64,000 bases of DNA from Chloroflexota bacterium (GCA_026705025.1 JAPPBN010000030.1:12822-76821), one strand, 5' to 3'; positions 17,877 through 28,067 are shown, counted from the first letter of the stretch. Notes: a model not told the origin generated them from the sequence alone. Made by a program: numbers and translations.

Positions 17877-18674
17877 CTATCCCTGCGAATACTGAGGTCC
17901 CATGACCTGGACGTAGCGGTCGTCGAGGCTGGTCCAGCCGCCGTCGACGACCAGTTTCTGCCCTGTAATGAGTGAGGATGCGTCCGAGGCCAGGAAGAGC
18001 GCCGCATTGGCGATGTCGATCGCCTCGCCCGAGCGGCGCACCGGGTTGTACTGAGCCATGAATTCACGTGACTGCTCGATCTGGTCCTCGTCGCGAGAAC
18101 CCTGGCCGGTCGCGATGTTGCCGGGCAGGATGCAGTTGATGCGGATGTTCTTCGAGGCCCATTCGCCGGCGGCTGCCTGAACCATCGCAACCACGGCGCC
18201 CTTGGAGGCGCAGTATGCCGAGACACCGGCCACGCCCGTGATTGCCGCGATCGAGGCGGTGACGATGATTGAGCCGCCACCCGCGCGCTCCAGGTGCGGG
18301 ATTCCGTACTTCATGCCCAGCCAGACGCCGCGAATGTTGACGTCGGAAATCAGGTCGTATCGCTCTTCCGAACACTCGGTCACCCGACCCTCGGGACCAC
18401 CGACGCCGGCGTTGTTGTAGATCACATCCACGCGGCCCCAGGCCTCGTCGGCCACGGCGAACATGCCCTGCACGTCCTCGCCGGAGCGCACGTCGGTCTC
18501 GACGAAGCGGGCTGCGTCGCCGATTTCTGAGGCCACCATCGGTCCTCGCGACGAGTCGCGGTCGGCAATCACGACTCGCGCGCCTTCCGAAGCGAAGAGC
18601 CGGGCTGACGCTTCGCCGAGCCCGGAGGCTCCTCCGGTGATGACCGCGACTTTGTCTTTGAGCCGTTGAGGCAT
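17877..18674 (-). CDS. SDR-family oxidoreductase (paralog 2 of 3)
   Basis: 265 aa from ATG 18674. TGGASGLGEA, NNAG, YCASKGA. Highly similar to 17072-17863. Confidence 0.9.
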   Translation of the reverse strand: MPQRLKDKVAVITGGASGLGEASARLFASEGARVVIADRDSSRGPMVASEIGDAARFVETDVRSGEDVQGMFAVADEAWGRVDVIYNNAGVGGPEGRVTECSEERYDLISDVNIRGVWLGMKYGIPHLERAGGGSIIVTASIAAITGVAGVSAYCASKGAVVAMVQAAAGEWASKNIRINCILPGNIATGQGSRDEDQIEQSREFMAQYNPVRRSGEAIDIANAALFLASDASSLITGQKLVVDGGWTSLDDRYVQVMGPQYSQG

Positions 18675-18726
18675 CGGTCTCTCCGTTGTTTTCGTCGGAG
18701 GGCGGCCCCCTCCGTCACTTCGTGAC

Positions 18727-18747
18727 ACCTCCCCCAGAGGGGGAGGT
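18727..18747. repeat. REP family 1 hairpin core
   Basis: acctccccc-aga-gggggaggt between two SDR genes. Confidence 0.7.
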
Positions 18748-18761
18748 CTTGGTGTTGGCGC

Positions 18762-19568
18762 CTACGAGAAGTCGACGCCGGCGAAGTCGGCCCAACGTCC
18801 GTCGACCGCCGTCCAGCCGCCATCGACAACGATTGCCTGACCGGTCATGAAGGATGACTCATCGGAGGCGAGGAACAACGCTGCCTGGGCGATATCGCTG
18901 CCCTCGCCCGAGCGGCCCAACGGGTGCGCTGTGGCGTTACGCTCGCGTCGGCGTTCCAGCTGCGCGGGATCCTGGGGGCCTTGCGAGTTGTCGCCGATCC
19001 GCGTCGCGATCGCGCCGGGGCAGATGCAGTTGATCCGGATGCCCGACGATGCGAACTCACCGGCAACGGTGCGGGTCAGGGAAATCACGCCGCCCTTGGA
19101 GGCGCAATAGGCGGTGATGCCCGACAGTCCTGAGAGTCCCGCCACAGAGGCTGTGGAGATGATCGAGCCTCCCCCCGCGCGCTGCAGGTGGGGAATGCCG
19201 TACTTCATGCCCAGCCAAACGCCGCGCAGGTTAATCGCCATGATCTCGTCGAAGACTTCCTCGGGACAGTCGCGGACGTTGTCTTCGCGGCCACCGATGC
19301 CGGCGTTGTTGTAGATGATGTTGACCCCGCCAAAGGCGTCGACGGCGGCCTGGTACATCGCCTGGACGTCCTCGCCTTTGGAGACGTCGCCGGTGAAGGC
19401 GACGGCCGCCTCCCCGATTCCCGAGGCAGCATCCTCGGCCCGTTCGGCCCAGCGATCCATGACCAGGACGCGAGCGCCTTCCTCGGCAAACAGCTCGGCT
19501 GTCGCCCGGCCCATGCCCGAGCCCGCTCCGGTGATGACGGCGACTTTGCCGTCCAGTAGTCTTGCCAT
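18762..19568 (-). CDS. SDR-family oxidoreductase (paralog 3 of 3)
   Basis: 268 aa. TGAGSGMGRA, NNAG, YCASKGG. Confidence 0.9.
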   Translation of the reverse strand: MARLLDGKVAVITGAGSGMGRATAELFAEEGARVLVMDRWAERAEDAASGIGEAAVAFTGDVSKGEDVQAMYQAAVDAFGGVNIIYNNAGIGGREDNVRDCPEEVFDEIMAINLRGVWLGMKYGIPHLQRAGGGSIISTASVAGLSGLSGITAYCASKGGVISLTRTVAGEFASSGIRINCICPGAIATRIGDNSQGPQDPAQLERRRERNATAHPLGRSGEGSDIAQAALFLASDESSFMTGQAIVVDGGWTAVDGRWADFAGVDFS

Positions 19569-19692
19569 CTCAGAACCTCCTGCTAGAGGCGCGACCCACG
19601 ACGCGCACCGTAGGGAGGGTAGAGCCTGGAAGAAGCGGTTTTCAGGTTTCGGCTGAAATTCTTTTTCACGGCCGAAACGGACCGGATCTGGT

Positions 19693-19723
19693 CACGATCT
19701 CCAGTGTTTAGCTGGAGATCGTG
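19693..19723. promoter_or_regulatory. perfect 12-bp inverted repeat
   Basis: cacgatctccag-tgtttag-ctggagatcgtg, in the 600-nt region upstream of the SDR operon. Confidence 0.5.
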
Positions 19724-19734
19724 AATCCGGGACG

Positions 19735-19779
19735 TTCAGCTTTTTTCAGCTTTTTTCAGGTTTCTTCAGCATTCTTCGG
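19735..19779. repeat. 10-bp phased TTCAGC/T-tract tandem repeat
   Basis: ttcagctttt ttcagctttt ttcaggtttc ttcagcattc ttcgg. Confidence 0.7.
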
Positions 19780-20056
19780 ACCTCTGCAGGCGTTCCCTGT
19801 GTTCGGGCTCGTTCGGATGCGTTCGGCGGTGTCGGAACAGCAGGCGGTTGTCACGTGGTCGCTCCCTCGCAGCTATGTTGGCGCCGCCGGAGGCGACGGC
19901 CGGTGCGCTACGGGTTAGTGTACAGAACTTGTGTTCTCCTGCCAGTGATCTGTGCGTGGGAGTGTTCGCTCAGGGCGAGTCGGGAACCTGGAGAGCAGCG
20001 CAGCGGCCGGGACGTACCCACTTAGATGGGCACAGCCGCGGTCACCCGCTGCGGAG

Positions 20057-20090
20057 CCCTCACCCCCACCCTCTCCCTCGGGAGAGGGGG
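20057..20090. repeat. REP family 2 (CCCTCACCC-N-CCCTCTCCC-N3-GGGAGAGGG)
   Basis: ccctcacccccaccctctccctcgggagaggggg. Related copies at 36504-36536, 62652-62684 and 62710-62743. Confidence 0.8.
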
Positions 20091-20181
20091 CCGAAACCAG
20101 GAGCGATGGGCAGGTCTCCAGAGGAGAGTGCGGACGCGGATATTGCCATTTCAGGCGGATGGCTGGTCGTTTGGACAGCAC

Positions 20182-21426
20182 CTAGGTGAGGGCGTCGGCG
20201 ATCGCCAGTTCCGCGATTCGTTCGTCGTCGTAGCTGAGGATGTCGCGCAGCACCAGATCGTTGTCTCGGCCGATTGACGGGGCAACCGAGCGGTAGCTGG
20301 GTGGCGTCTCCGTCATCTGCCCCTTGGCCGCCTCGAAGGTTGTCGTGCCGTGCTCGGGATGCTCCATGGCGACGAAGTGCCCACGATGCCGCATCTGCGG
20401 ATCCTGGGCGGCCGCCGAGCTGTTTGAGACCGCGTGGGCTGGCACGCCGAAGGCCTGGAGCATGTACTCGATCTCGACCGCGCCGCGTTCCGAAGCCCAG
20501 GTTGCAACGATGCCGTTGAGTTCGTCCTCATTCGCCCGGCGCGCGGCGAGGTCGGCGAAGCGGTCGTCGCAGGTCAGTTCGCCCTGGCCCATCGCTGAAC
20601 AGAGATTGGCCCAGTCGCCGTCGTCGCGGACGGCGATCGCGACCCAATCGTCGTCGCCGGATGCGGCATAGCAGCCGTGGGGCGCCATGTCGGGGTCGGC
20701 GTTGCCGACGAGTTGTGGGACGCGTCCGTTGACGTGGTAGTCGAGCAGCGCCGTGCTCATGAAGTGCAGAGACGACTCCGCCTGTGCCTGGTCGATGTAG
20801 AGTCCCTCGCCTGTCCGATCGCGGTGATCGAGCGCGGCGAGGATCGTTGGCAAGGCGAAGCGCGGGGAGAGGTAGTCGGTATAGGCCGAATACGGCCCGA
20901 TCGGCGAGCCGCCGGGATTGCCGGCCAGCGCGATGTACCCACCGATCGCTGCGCCCATCGTGCCGAATCCGGCAACCCGTGAGAGCGGCCCTTCCTGTCC
21001 GAAGAGGCAGGTCGAAAGCATGATCAGCTCTGGTTTGATCTGCCTGAGCGACTCGTAGTCCATGCCCCACGCGCGCATGGCGCGGGGCGAGAACGACTCG
21101 GTTAGGACGTCGCACCACTTGATCAGGTCGAGCAGGACGGCACGCCCCTCGTCGGTGCCGAGATTGAGCGAGAGTCCGAGCTTGTTGACGTTCATGTTGC
21201 CGAACAGGCCGGAGTGGTCCGGTCCCTGCCCGTTGTTGTGATAGGGACCAATCCCACGCGCCGTCTCGATCCGGTTGGCCGATTCGACGCGGACCACCGT
21301 CGCCCCGAAGTCGGCCATGGCGCGGGTCGCCGTTGGTCCGGCTACAACCCACATCAGGTCGAGCACCTTGAGTCCGGCGAGCGCGCCCTCGGCCGGGATT
21401 CCGGGAGCGTTGTTGAGCGTTGTCAT
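20182..21426 (-). CDS. family III CoA-transferase (CaiB/BaiF)
   Basis: 414 aa. LAGLKVLDLMWVVAGPTATRAMADFGATVVRVES N-terminal signature. Confidence 0.9.
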   Translation of the reverse strand: MTTLNNAPGIPAEGALAGLKVLDLMWVVAGPTATRAMADFGATVVRVESANRIETARGIGPYHNNGQGPDHSGLFGNMNVNKLGLSLNLGTDEGRAVLLDLIKWCDVLTESFSPRAMRAWGMDYESLRQIKPELIMLSTCLFGQEGPLSRVAGFGTMGAAIGGYIALAGNPGGSPIGPYSAYTDYLSPRFALPTILAALDHRDRTGEGLYIDQAQAESSLHFMSTALLDYHVNGRVPQLVGNADPDMAPHGCYAASGDDDWVAIAVRDDGDWANLCSAMGQGELTCDDRFADLAARRANEDELNGIVATWASERGAVEIEYMLQAFGVPAHAVSNSSAAAQDPQMRHRGHFVAMEHPEHGTTTFEAAKGQMTETPPSYRSVAPSIGRDNDLVLRDILSYDDERIAELAIADALT

Positions 21427-22668
21427 CTAGATCACCCCACGTTCCCGCAGGTCGCTGATCGCGTCGTCGTCGAGGCCGAGTTCCGCGTAGACCTCGGCGT
21501 TGTGTTCGCCGAGCGTTGGCGCTCGGCGACGGTACTCAATCTCGTTGTCGGAGAGCTTGACGAACGGCCCGGGGAACCGCACCGGGTCCGGCCAGCCGGG
21601 CATCTCGTGCTCGCGCCAGAACTCCCGTGCCTCGAACTGCTCCGAGTTGGCGACTTCGTCGACGGTCGTGACGGGGACGATCAGGAGTGAGCGCGACTGG
21701 GCCTCTGCGAACAGCTCGTCGCGGCTGCGCTTCTTCAGGAACTCGCCGACCACCTCCATCAACCGGGCCCAGTCGGAGAGCGGCCGCGCGCCGGAGATGA
21801 ACTCCGCGCCGAGACCGATCCAGTCGAGATCTCGGTCCTCGAGCGAGCACTCGCCTTCGTCGTACATCCACTCGAAGAGGCGTCGCGAGAACGGTCCGAT
21901 GCCCGAGCCGAAGAGGAAGGTCAGGGAGATGTATCCGTCGGCGACCTCCCAGATCAGTTTGCCGGTGAACGGCCCGACAGCCATGCCGCCGGCGACGCGG
22001 GCAGTCTCGGCCGCTCCGATCGAGGCAGCGAGATTGGCCGACATCGTGGCGGCGGCCACGGATTGTTGGGCCGAAATGTCGATGTGCTGTCCGCGGCCGA
22101 TCTTGCTTCGCGCGCGCAGCGCGACCATGGCGGCGATCGCCGCTTCGCCGCTGGCGTGACTCCAGGCCTGCGGCACGGACACGCGAACCGGCGCCTCACC
22201 GGCGCCGCCCGAGAGAATCAGCGGTCCGCCTGCCGCCATAAGGATCAGGTCTGTCGCCTGGTATCCAGCTTTGGGGCCCGATTGTCCGAACGCGGAGATT
22301 GATGTGTAGATGAGACCGTCATGATCCGCCGACAGGTCGTCGTAGCCCAGCCCGCGAGCGGCCATCGCGCCGGGGTCGGCGGACTCGAGGACGAAGTCGG
22401 CGCCGGCGGCGAGTTGGCGGATCAGAGCTTGACCGTCCGGATGGTCGAGGTTGCAGGTGATGCCGCGCTTGTTGCGCGCGTAGGCCCACCAGAAGAGCGA
22501 GCGGTCGGGCCCGGGATCGTCGCCGGCGAAGGGTCCGACAGCTCGCGCTGATGATCCATCAGGCGGCTCAATCGCGATCACGTCGGCGCCCAGGTCGGCG
22601 AGGATCTGGCCGGCCAACATGCCGCGCTGATCGGTCAAATCCAGCACGCGATACGGCGATAACAGCAT
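21427..22668 (-). CDS. family III CoA-transferase (CaiB/BaiF)
   Basis: 413 aa. YRVLDLTDQRGMLAGQILADLGADVIAIEPP. Abuts the downstream paralog with no gap. Confidence 0.9.
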   Translation of the reverse strand: MLLSPYRVLDLTDQRGMLAGQILADLGADVIAIEPPDGSSARAVGPFAGDDPGPDRSLFWWAYARNKRGITCNLDHPDGQALIRQLAAGADFVLESADPGAMAARGLGYDDLSADHDGLIYTSISAFGQSGPKAGYQATDLILMAAGGPLILSGGAGEAPVRVSVPQAWSHASGEAAIAAMVALRARSKIGRGQHIDISAQQSVAAATMSANLAASIGAAETARVAGGMAVGPFTGKLIWEVADGYISLTFLFGSGIGPFSRRLFEWMYDEGECSLEDRDLDWIGLGAEFISGARPLSDWARLMEVVGEFLKKRSRDELFAEAQSRSLLIVPVTTVDEVANSEQFEAREFWREHEMPGWPDPVRFPGPFVKLSDNEIEYRRRAPTLGEHNAEVYAELGLDDDAISDLRERGVI

Positions 22669-22728
22669 CAGGCGGCCTCCTCCCCCTCGGCGATTGAAGG
22701 GTATCGCAAGCGACGAGCGGTCGGCGGC

Positions 22729-23799
22729 TTACTGCAGCGCGCCGGATCCGCTGATCTCCCACGCCTCCTGGACCACACCGGCTCGATGCGCGTGGAGCAT
22801 TCGGTGCAGGAGCACCGTGCTGTCTGAGTAGTGCGGAATCATCTCGACCCGGTCGCCGATCCTCAGTGCATCGCCGTCGTCGCGCGATAGGTGGGTGTGC
22901 TCGGCGCTGAGCCCGACGCAGCTCCAGCCTTCCGGGTTGACAACCGACGGCAGACCGGTGTGCCGGCCCGTCGCCTTCCAGCCAGCGTCTCCGGAGGCCC
23001 TATCGGGGCTGGCGGCTGAAACGACCTGACAGACGAGGCTCAGAGCTCTGCGGTGGTTGGTCACGCCCATCGTTTCGTAGGTCAGGTCCATGAGCGCCGC
23101 GCCGCCCGCCTGGAGTTCGCGCAGGATGCCCTGCTTGAGCACATAGCGATAGTTGCCGCTGCCGCCTCCGGAGAGCACTTCGATCTCATGTCCGTCGGCC
23201 CGGCACAAATCATGAGCACGCGCGAGGATCGACGCAGATGCCGCGGTCTCGCGTTCCTTTTCCTCCTCCGGCAGTCCCATCACATGACCTTCGTAGCCCA
23301 TCAGACCACGGAGTCGGACCGCCGGCATGTCGGCAATCAGCGCGCAGAGGGCCGGCGCTTCCTCGGGCGTGACGCCGCAGCGGTGCAGATTGACGTCGAT
23401 GTCGACCAGCAGATCGATGGTCACGTCGGCGGCGTCGGCCGCTGCGGAGATCTCGCGGATGTTGGCGGCGTCGTCAACCGCCACGCAGAGGGTCGCCAGT
23501 CTGGCGACTTCGACCAGTCGCGCGACCTTCCGCTCTCCAACGACCTCATTGGCGATCAGGATGTCGGTGATGCCGCCGTTGGCCATGGCCAACGCCTCCG
23601 ACGCCTTGGCGCATGTCACGCCGACGGCGCCGGCGTCGATCAACCTCAGTGCCATCGCCGGAGCCTTACAGGCCTTGACGTGCGGGCGCCAGTCGATACC
23701 GGCGTCGGCGCAGCGTTGCGCCATCAGTGAGGCGTTGTGGTCGAGCGCGTCCAGATCGACCAGCAGCGCCGGCGTGTCCAGATCCCAGATTGAGGTCAT
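22729..23799 (-). CDS. alanine-racemase-fold PLP enzyme (D-serine deaminase / D-threonine aldolase-like, DSD1 family)
   Basis: 356 aa. TPALLVDLDALDHN, PHVKACKAP (PLP Lys) and C-terminal beta domain. Confidence 0.7.
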   Translation of the reverse strand: MTSIWDLDTPALLVDLDALDHNASLMAQRCADAGIDWRPHVKACKAPAMALRLIDAGAVGVTCAKASEALAMANGGITDILIANEVVGERKVARLVEVARLATLCVAVDDAANIREISAAADAADVTIDLLVDIDVNLHRCGVTPEEAPALCALIADMPAVRLRGLMGYEGHVMGLPEEEKERETAASASILARAHDLCRADGHEIEVLSGGGSGNYRYVLKQGILRELQAGGAALMDLTYETMGVTNHRRALSLVCQVVSAASPDRASGDAGWKATGRHTGLPSVVNPEGWSCVGLSAEHTHLSRDDGDALRIGDRVEMIPHYSDSTVLLHRMLHAHRAGVVQEAWEISGSGALQ

Positions 23800-23847
23800 A
23801 GCATGCTCCCTACCAAAGACAGTGGAAGCCTAACGAAACGCCGACCC

Positions 23848-24590
23848 ATGCCCTTTGCTGAGATCAACGGACTACAGCTCTTCTATCACGAACAGGGACC
23901 GGTTGATCCTGATGCGCCGACGATCGTCTTCGTTCATGGCACGCAGGGCAATGCCTCGCTGTACGCGGGTCTGATGGATGCGCTCTCTGACCGATTTCGC
24001 TGTGCGGTACTGAACCATCGCGGGCGTCCGCCGTCGGAATCGCCGGACGATGCATCGATGTACAGCATCGAGCAGTTTGCCGACGACCAGGCGTCGTTCA
24101 TCGAACAACGAGGCTACGAAAACATCACCATGATGGGCTGGTCGCTGGGCGTGCGGACGACGCTGGCTTACCTGCATCGGCACGGATCGGGTCGGGTGGG
24201 TCAGGCGATTCTCGTCGCCGGGCCTCCATCTCCGAACTTCGGCGGGCAAGCGTTGACGCCTCCCGATCAGAGCGCGCCGCCGCGCGAGGTGTGGGGGGAG
24301 CAGTTCAGATCGTCGACCGAGGCGTGCTGGGAGGGGTCGCAGCATTCGAGGGCCACGTGCGACCTGGAAGCATCGCAATCCCGGTCGCAATCTTTCCCGG
24401 CCGACATGATCCGATCTGTCCACATGCGGCGGCTGAGTTCATGGCTCGGGAGATTCCGCACGCGACGCTGAGGACGTTTGAGGAGTCGGGCCACGCGCCG
24501 CTGGTCACTGAGGCTGAACGCTTCGTGGAGGAGACAGCCGCATTCATCAAGCGCTGCGAAGCGGCTCGCTCGGCCATTACTGGGGACTAG
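23848..24590 (+). pseudogene. alpha/beta hydrolase, frameshifted
   Basis: N-terminal part (IVFVHGTQGN, GWSLG nucleophile elbow) is in the frame of ORF 23803-24471. The C-terminal part (IPVAIFPGRHDPICP...ESGHAPLVTEAERF) is in the frame of ORF 24291-24590. The switch coincides with a G6 run at 24293-24298. Confidence 0.65.
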
Positions 24591-24647
24591 TTATCCCCGA
24601 AGCGGACAGCGAAGTGTACAGCCGCTGCCGGTCTCCGGAGAGCGGTG

Positions 24648-25313
24648 CTAGCCCTCGGCCAGTTCCTTGACCAACTCGATGAGGGCGTCGGCCCGGGTCG
24701 GGCCGCGTTCGCCGTTGATCACTACGGTGGGCGTACTGGCTAGGCCCTGCGAGACCGCGTCCGTGTGCTGCTGATAGATCCGGTCGAGGTGCGCGCCGTC
24801 GTCGATGCACTGCGCGAACTCGTCGGTGTCCAGACCGAATTCAGCCGCGACGGCAACTGCACCGTCGCGTGTATAGGCGTCGCGACTCGGACCTTCGAAG
24901 TAGTAGTCGTGGAACTCCCACCAGTGGTCCTGGTCGCCGGCGCATTCGGTCGCCAGCGCGGCCATCTCGGAGGCTGCGCCATGATTGATGATGTGCCGGT
25001 ACTCAAAGCGGGCCAGGCCCGTGGCCACCAATTCTTCTTCGATGCGCGGCCCAACCTGGGTCGCGAAATGACGGCAGCCGCCTCAAAGGAAGTCGGAGTA
25101 CTCCTGGATCACGACCGGCGCGTTGGGATCGCCGAGCGAGGCGCGATCGCGGATGACCTGGACCCGCGCCTGCGCTTCGGCTGACTCCGCCTCCTGCGAC
25201 GCGGTCGACTGGGTCCCGGTCTCCTGCGCGACATCGTCCCCACCCGAGCACGCAGCGAGGAACAACGCACTGAACAGCATGACCAGGACGGTGCTCCGGA
25301 GGCAGTGGTTCAC
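24648..25313 (-). CDS. DsbA-like thioredoxin-fold lipoprotein, predicted selenoprotein (UGGC motif; in-frame TGA at 25083-25085)
   Basis: ORFs 25083-25313 and 24648-25031 are in one frame (offset 435 nt). Reads ...APVVIQEYSDFL-U-GGCRHFATQVGPRIEEELVATGLARFEYRH.... Lipobox LFLAAC. GTG 25313 with GAGGAGG upstream. Confidence 0.8.
25046..25064 (-). promoter_or_regulatory. SECIS-like hairpin (gene 1)
   Basis: GCGACCC-AGGUU-GGGCCGC, starting 21 nt after the U of UGA. Confidence 0.6.
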
Positions 25314-25315
25314 GT

Positions 25316-26251
25316 TCAGCCCTCCTCAGACTCCAACTGTGCTGCGAGCTCTTGCACCTGCTCGATCAGCGCGTCGTTGACTGCCCCGCCCTCGCCGTTG
25401 ATCCGGATCGTCGGCGTCCGGTTGAACCCTGCCTGGGCGGCGGCTCGATGCTGTCCTTCGACCAACTCAAGGTGAACCTCGTTGTCCAGGCACTGAGCAA
25501 ACTGCTCCGTGTCCAGCGAGAGCGAGGCAGCCAGAGCGACGGCTCCGTCGCGGCTGAAGTCCTGCGTGGTCATGTAGTGGTCGTGGAAGTCCCGCCAGCG
25601 GCCCTGATCGCCGCCGCACTCAGTGGCCAATGCCGCGGCGACAGAGGGCGGACCGTGATTGAGAATGTGCCGGTACTCGAATCGCGCCAGGCCGGTGCGC
25701 ACCAGTTCGTCGATCACGCGCGGCTCAACCTGAGCCGCGAACCTGCGGCAGTTTCCTCAAAGGAAGTCCGAGTACTCGGTGATCACGATCGGGGCGTCGG
25801 GATTGCCAACGACGTTGCGATTGGCGAACAGCCCGGCCCGATGTCCGGACTCGATGATCTGGCCGACCATCGCCTCCGGCTCAGCTTCAGTCTCGGCCGA
25901 GGGCTCATCCTCGGTCTCAGCCTCTTCGCTCTGCTCTGACGCCTGCGGCTCGGCCCTCGTTGCCTGTTCTTGCTCGGCCGCGTCGGTCAGGCCGGCTTCG
26001 TCGGCGGACTCACCAGCTTGTTCGGCTTCCACTGGCGACGATTGCTCTGCGGCCTCGTCCTCAGCCGTCTCGCTCTGGCCCGCCCGGTACGAAGTCGCCG
26101 GCTGCTCTTGCTTCGCCTCTGACTGTGCGGCTATAGATGTATCGCTTGTCCGCGATTGTTGCCTTGCATCATCGTCAGTCGAACACGAGAGGAACAGCAC
26201 GGTGATTGCAGTGATGAGGGTTGCGGCACGCCAATATGATGAGTGCTTCAT
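25316..26251 (-). CDS. DsbA-like thioredoxin-fold lipoprotein, predicted selenoprotein (UGNC; TGA at 25757-25759)
   Basis: ORFs 25757-26251 and 25316-25717 are in one frame (offset 441). Reads ...APIVITEYSDFL-U-GNCRRFAAQVEPRVIDELVRTGLARFEYRH.... Lipobox LFLSC plus acidic/Gln-rich linker. Confidence 0.8.
25719..25739 (-). promoter_or_regulatory. SECIS-like hairpin (gene 2)
   Basis: CGCGGCUC-AGGUU-GAGCCGCG, perfect 8-bp stem. Confidence 0.65.
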
Positions 26252-26254
26252 TGG

Positions 26255-27265
26255 TTATCGCTCCGCATCATCCGTCTGCTTCCTTTGCGCTTGCTCTTGT
26301 CCCCGATTTAACAGATCCTCCACCTGTTCGAGCAACGCATCACTGATCACCGAGCCGCCCTCCATACTGATCTCAACATAGAGTGCCGGTGTGGCTCCTC
26401 GTTCCTCGGCCTCGCGATGCTGATCCATCACGTAGTCGAGATATCTCTGACTATCGATGCACTCAGCGAACCGCGCTGTGTCAAGCGAGAACGACTCTGC
26501 CACGGAGATGGCGGCCGCGCGGCTAAAGTCGCTCGTCGCCATGAAATGATCATGGAAATCCCACCAAGCTTCCTGGTCCCCTCCACACTCCGTGGCAATG
26601 GCGGAGAAGACTGAGGGCGAGCCGTGAGTCAGGTAGTGATGGTAAACAAAGCGGATTTGACCGCCGCGGATCAACTCTTGGATCAGTCGCGGTTCAACCT
26701 GAGCCGCGAAGGTGCGGCAGTGAGGTCAAAGGAAGTCTGAAAACACCGTGATTGTGACCGGCGCCAATGGGTTGCCGACGGAGTTCCTATCCGCGAACAA
26801 CCCGGCTCGGTGTCCCGACTTGATTACTTGCCCGCCCATCTCCTCCTGTTCGACGGACGACTGCTGTTCGGCCGGCTCGCCCCTCGGTTCGCCACCGTGT
26901 TCAGCCTCCTCGGTTTGGTTGGACGCTTGCCGCTCGGGCTGAGCCTCGGTGTAGGCCTGTACGGTCTGCGTCGACTGCTCCCGTTCAGCAGTCTCGCTTC
27001 TCTGAGGTTCCTTAGCATGTTCGTCTGCGGCAAACCGGTCCGGCCGCTGTCGCTCCCGGGGGACCTTTTGCTCGGTGAGGTCGTCTTGGCCCGACTGGGC
27101 CTGGCGGCTCTGACGGGAACTCGCTGGTTGTTCTTTTGGCTGCCCGTTTGCTTGTACTGACGCAGCCGAACGCTCATGGCGCGGTGGCACCTCTTCGGAA
27201 CTTCTCGAACACCCGATGAGCAACATCGCAGTTGCTGTCAAGACGATGCCCGATTTGAGCATCAT
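26255..27265 (-). CDS. DsbA-like thioredoxin-fold lipoprotein, predicted selenoprotein (UPHC; TGA at 26726-26728)
   Basis: ORFs 26726-27448 and 26255-26674 are in one frame (offset 471). Reads ...APVTITVFSDFL-U-PHCRTFAAQVEPRLIQELIRGGQIRFVYHH.... Start ATG 27265 (MMLKSGIVLTATAMLLIGC lipobox) overlaps the upstream stop. Confidence 0.8.
26689..26707 (-). promoter_or_regulatory. SECIS-like hairpin (gene 3)
   Basis: GCGGCUC-AGGUU-GAACCGC (one mismatch). Confidence 0.6.
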
Positions 27266-28020
27266 CAGCTGCCCTCCTGGTTCTCTACGGCTTCGGCGGC
27301 GGCGCGCACCTGCTCGATGATTCCGCTCAGTGAACGGGCGGCGGGCTGGCCGTTGATTCTGAACGTGGGCGTTCCGCTGATCCCGACGGAGCGTGCATGC
27401 CGCTGCATCTCGAGGATGCGGCCGCGATGCTCCTCGTTGTCGACACACTGCGTAAACCGAGCAACGTCGAGCCCGTTGTCCCGGGCCAGGTCAATCGCAC
27501 CCGCTCGCGTGAAGCTGCGTGCCTGGGCATCAAGCAGATAGGCGTCGTGAAACTCCCACCACGCGCCCTGATCACCCGCGCATTCGGTCGCCATCGCGGC
27601 AAACTGGGAAGCCGACCCGAAGATGATGAAATGGCGGTATTCATACCGGGCAATTCCGCTGTGAATGAGTTCTTCCATAATCTGCGGCTCAGCCTGAGCC
27701 GCGAATCGGCGGCAACTTGGTCACTGGAAGTCGGAATACTCGACGATCAGCACCGGCGCCTCGGGATCGCCGACCACGTTCCTGGCAAACGGCAGCCCCT
27801 CGCGATGGCCGAACGCAATCACGCCGGAATCTGCGCCCACCTCTGCTGGTTGGTCAGCTCCCTGTTCTTGCTGCATGATCGACGCTTCACGATCGGTGCG
27901 GTCACTGCGCACCGTGCCGGTTGAGACGTCCTCATCGGCGTCTCCGTCACCGGATCCGCAAGCCGATACGAGCAATCCGATTCCTGCGAGCAGGGCTACC
28001 AGAAACAGCGTCAGCTTCAT
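27265..28020 (-). CDS. DsbA-like thioredoxin-fold lipoprotein, predicted selenoprotein (UPSC; TGA at 27721-27723)
   Basis: ORFs 27721-28071 and 27265-27678 are in one frame (offset 456). Reads ...APVLIVEYSDFQ-U-PSCRRFAAQAEPQIMEELIHSGIARYEYRHF.... Start ATG 28020 gives MKLTLFLVALLAGIGLLVSAC. Confidence 0.8.
27684..27702 (-). promoter_or_regulatory. SECIS-like hairpin (gene 4)
   Basis: GCGGCUC-AGGCU-GAGCCGC, perfect 7-bp stem. Confidence 0.65.
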
Positions 28021-28067
28021 GGGTTGACTGTATCTGACACTGGTTTCGCCTGACGCAAACGACCCGA

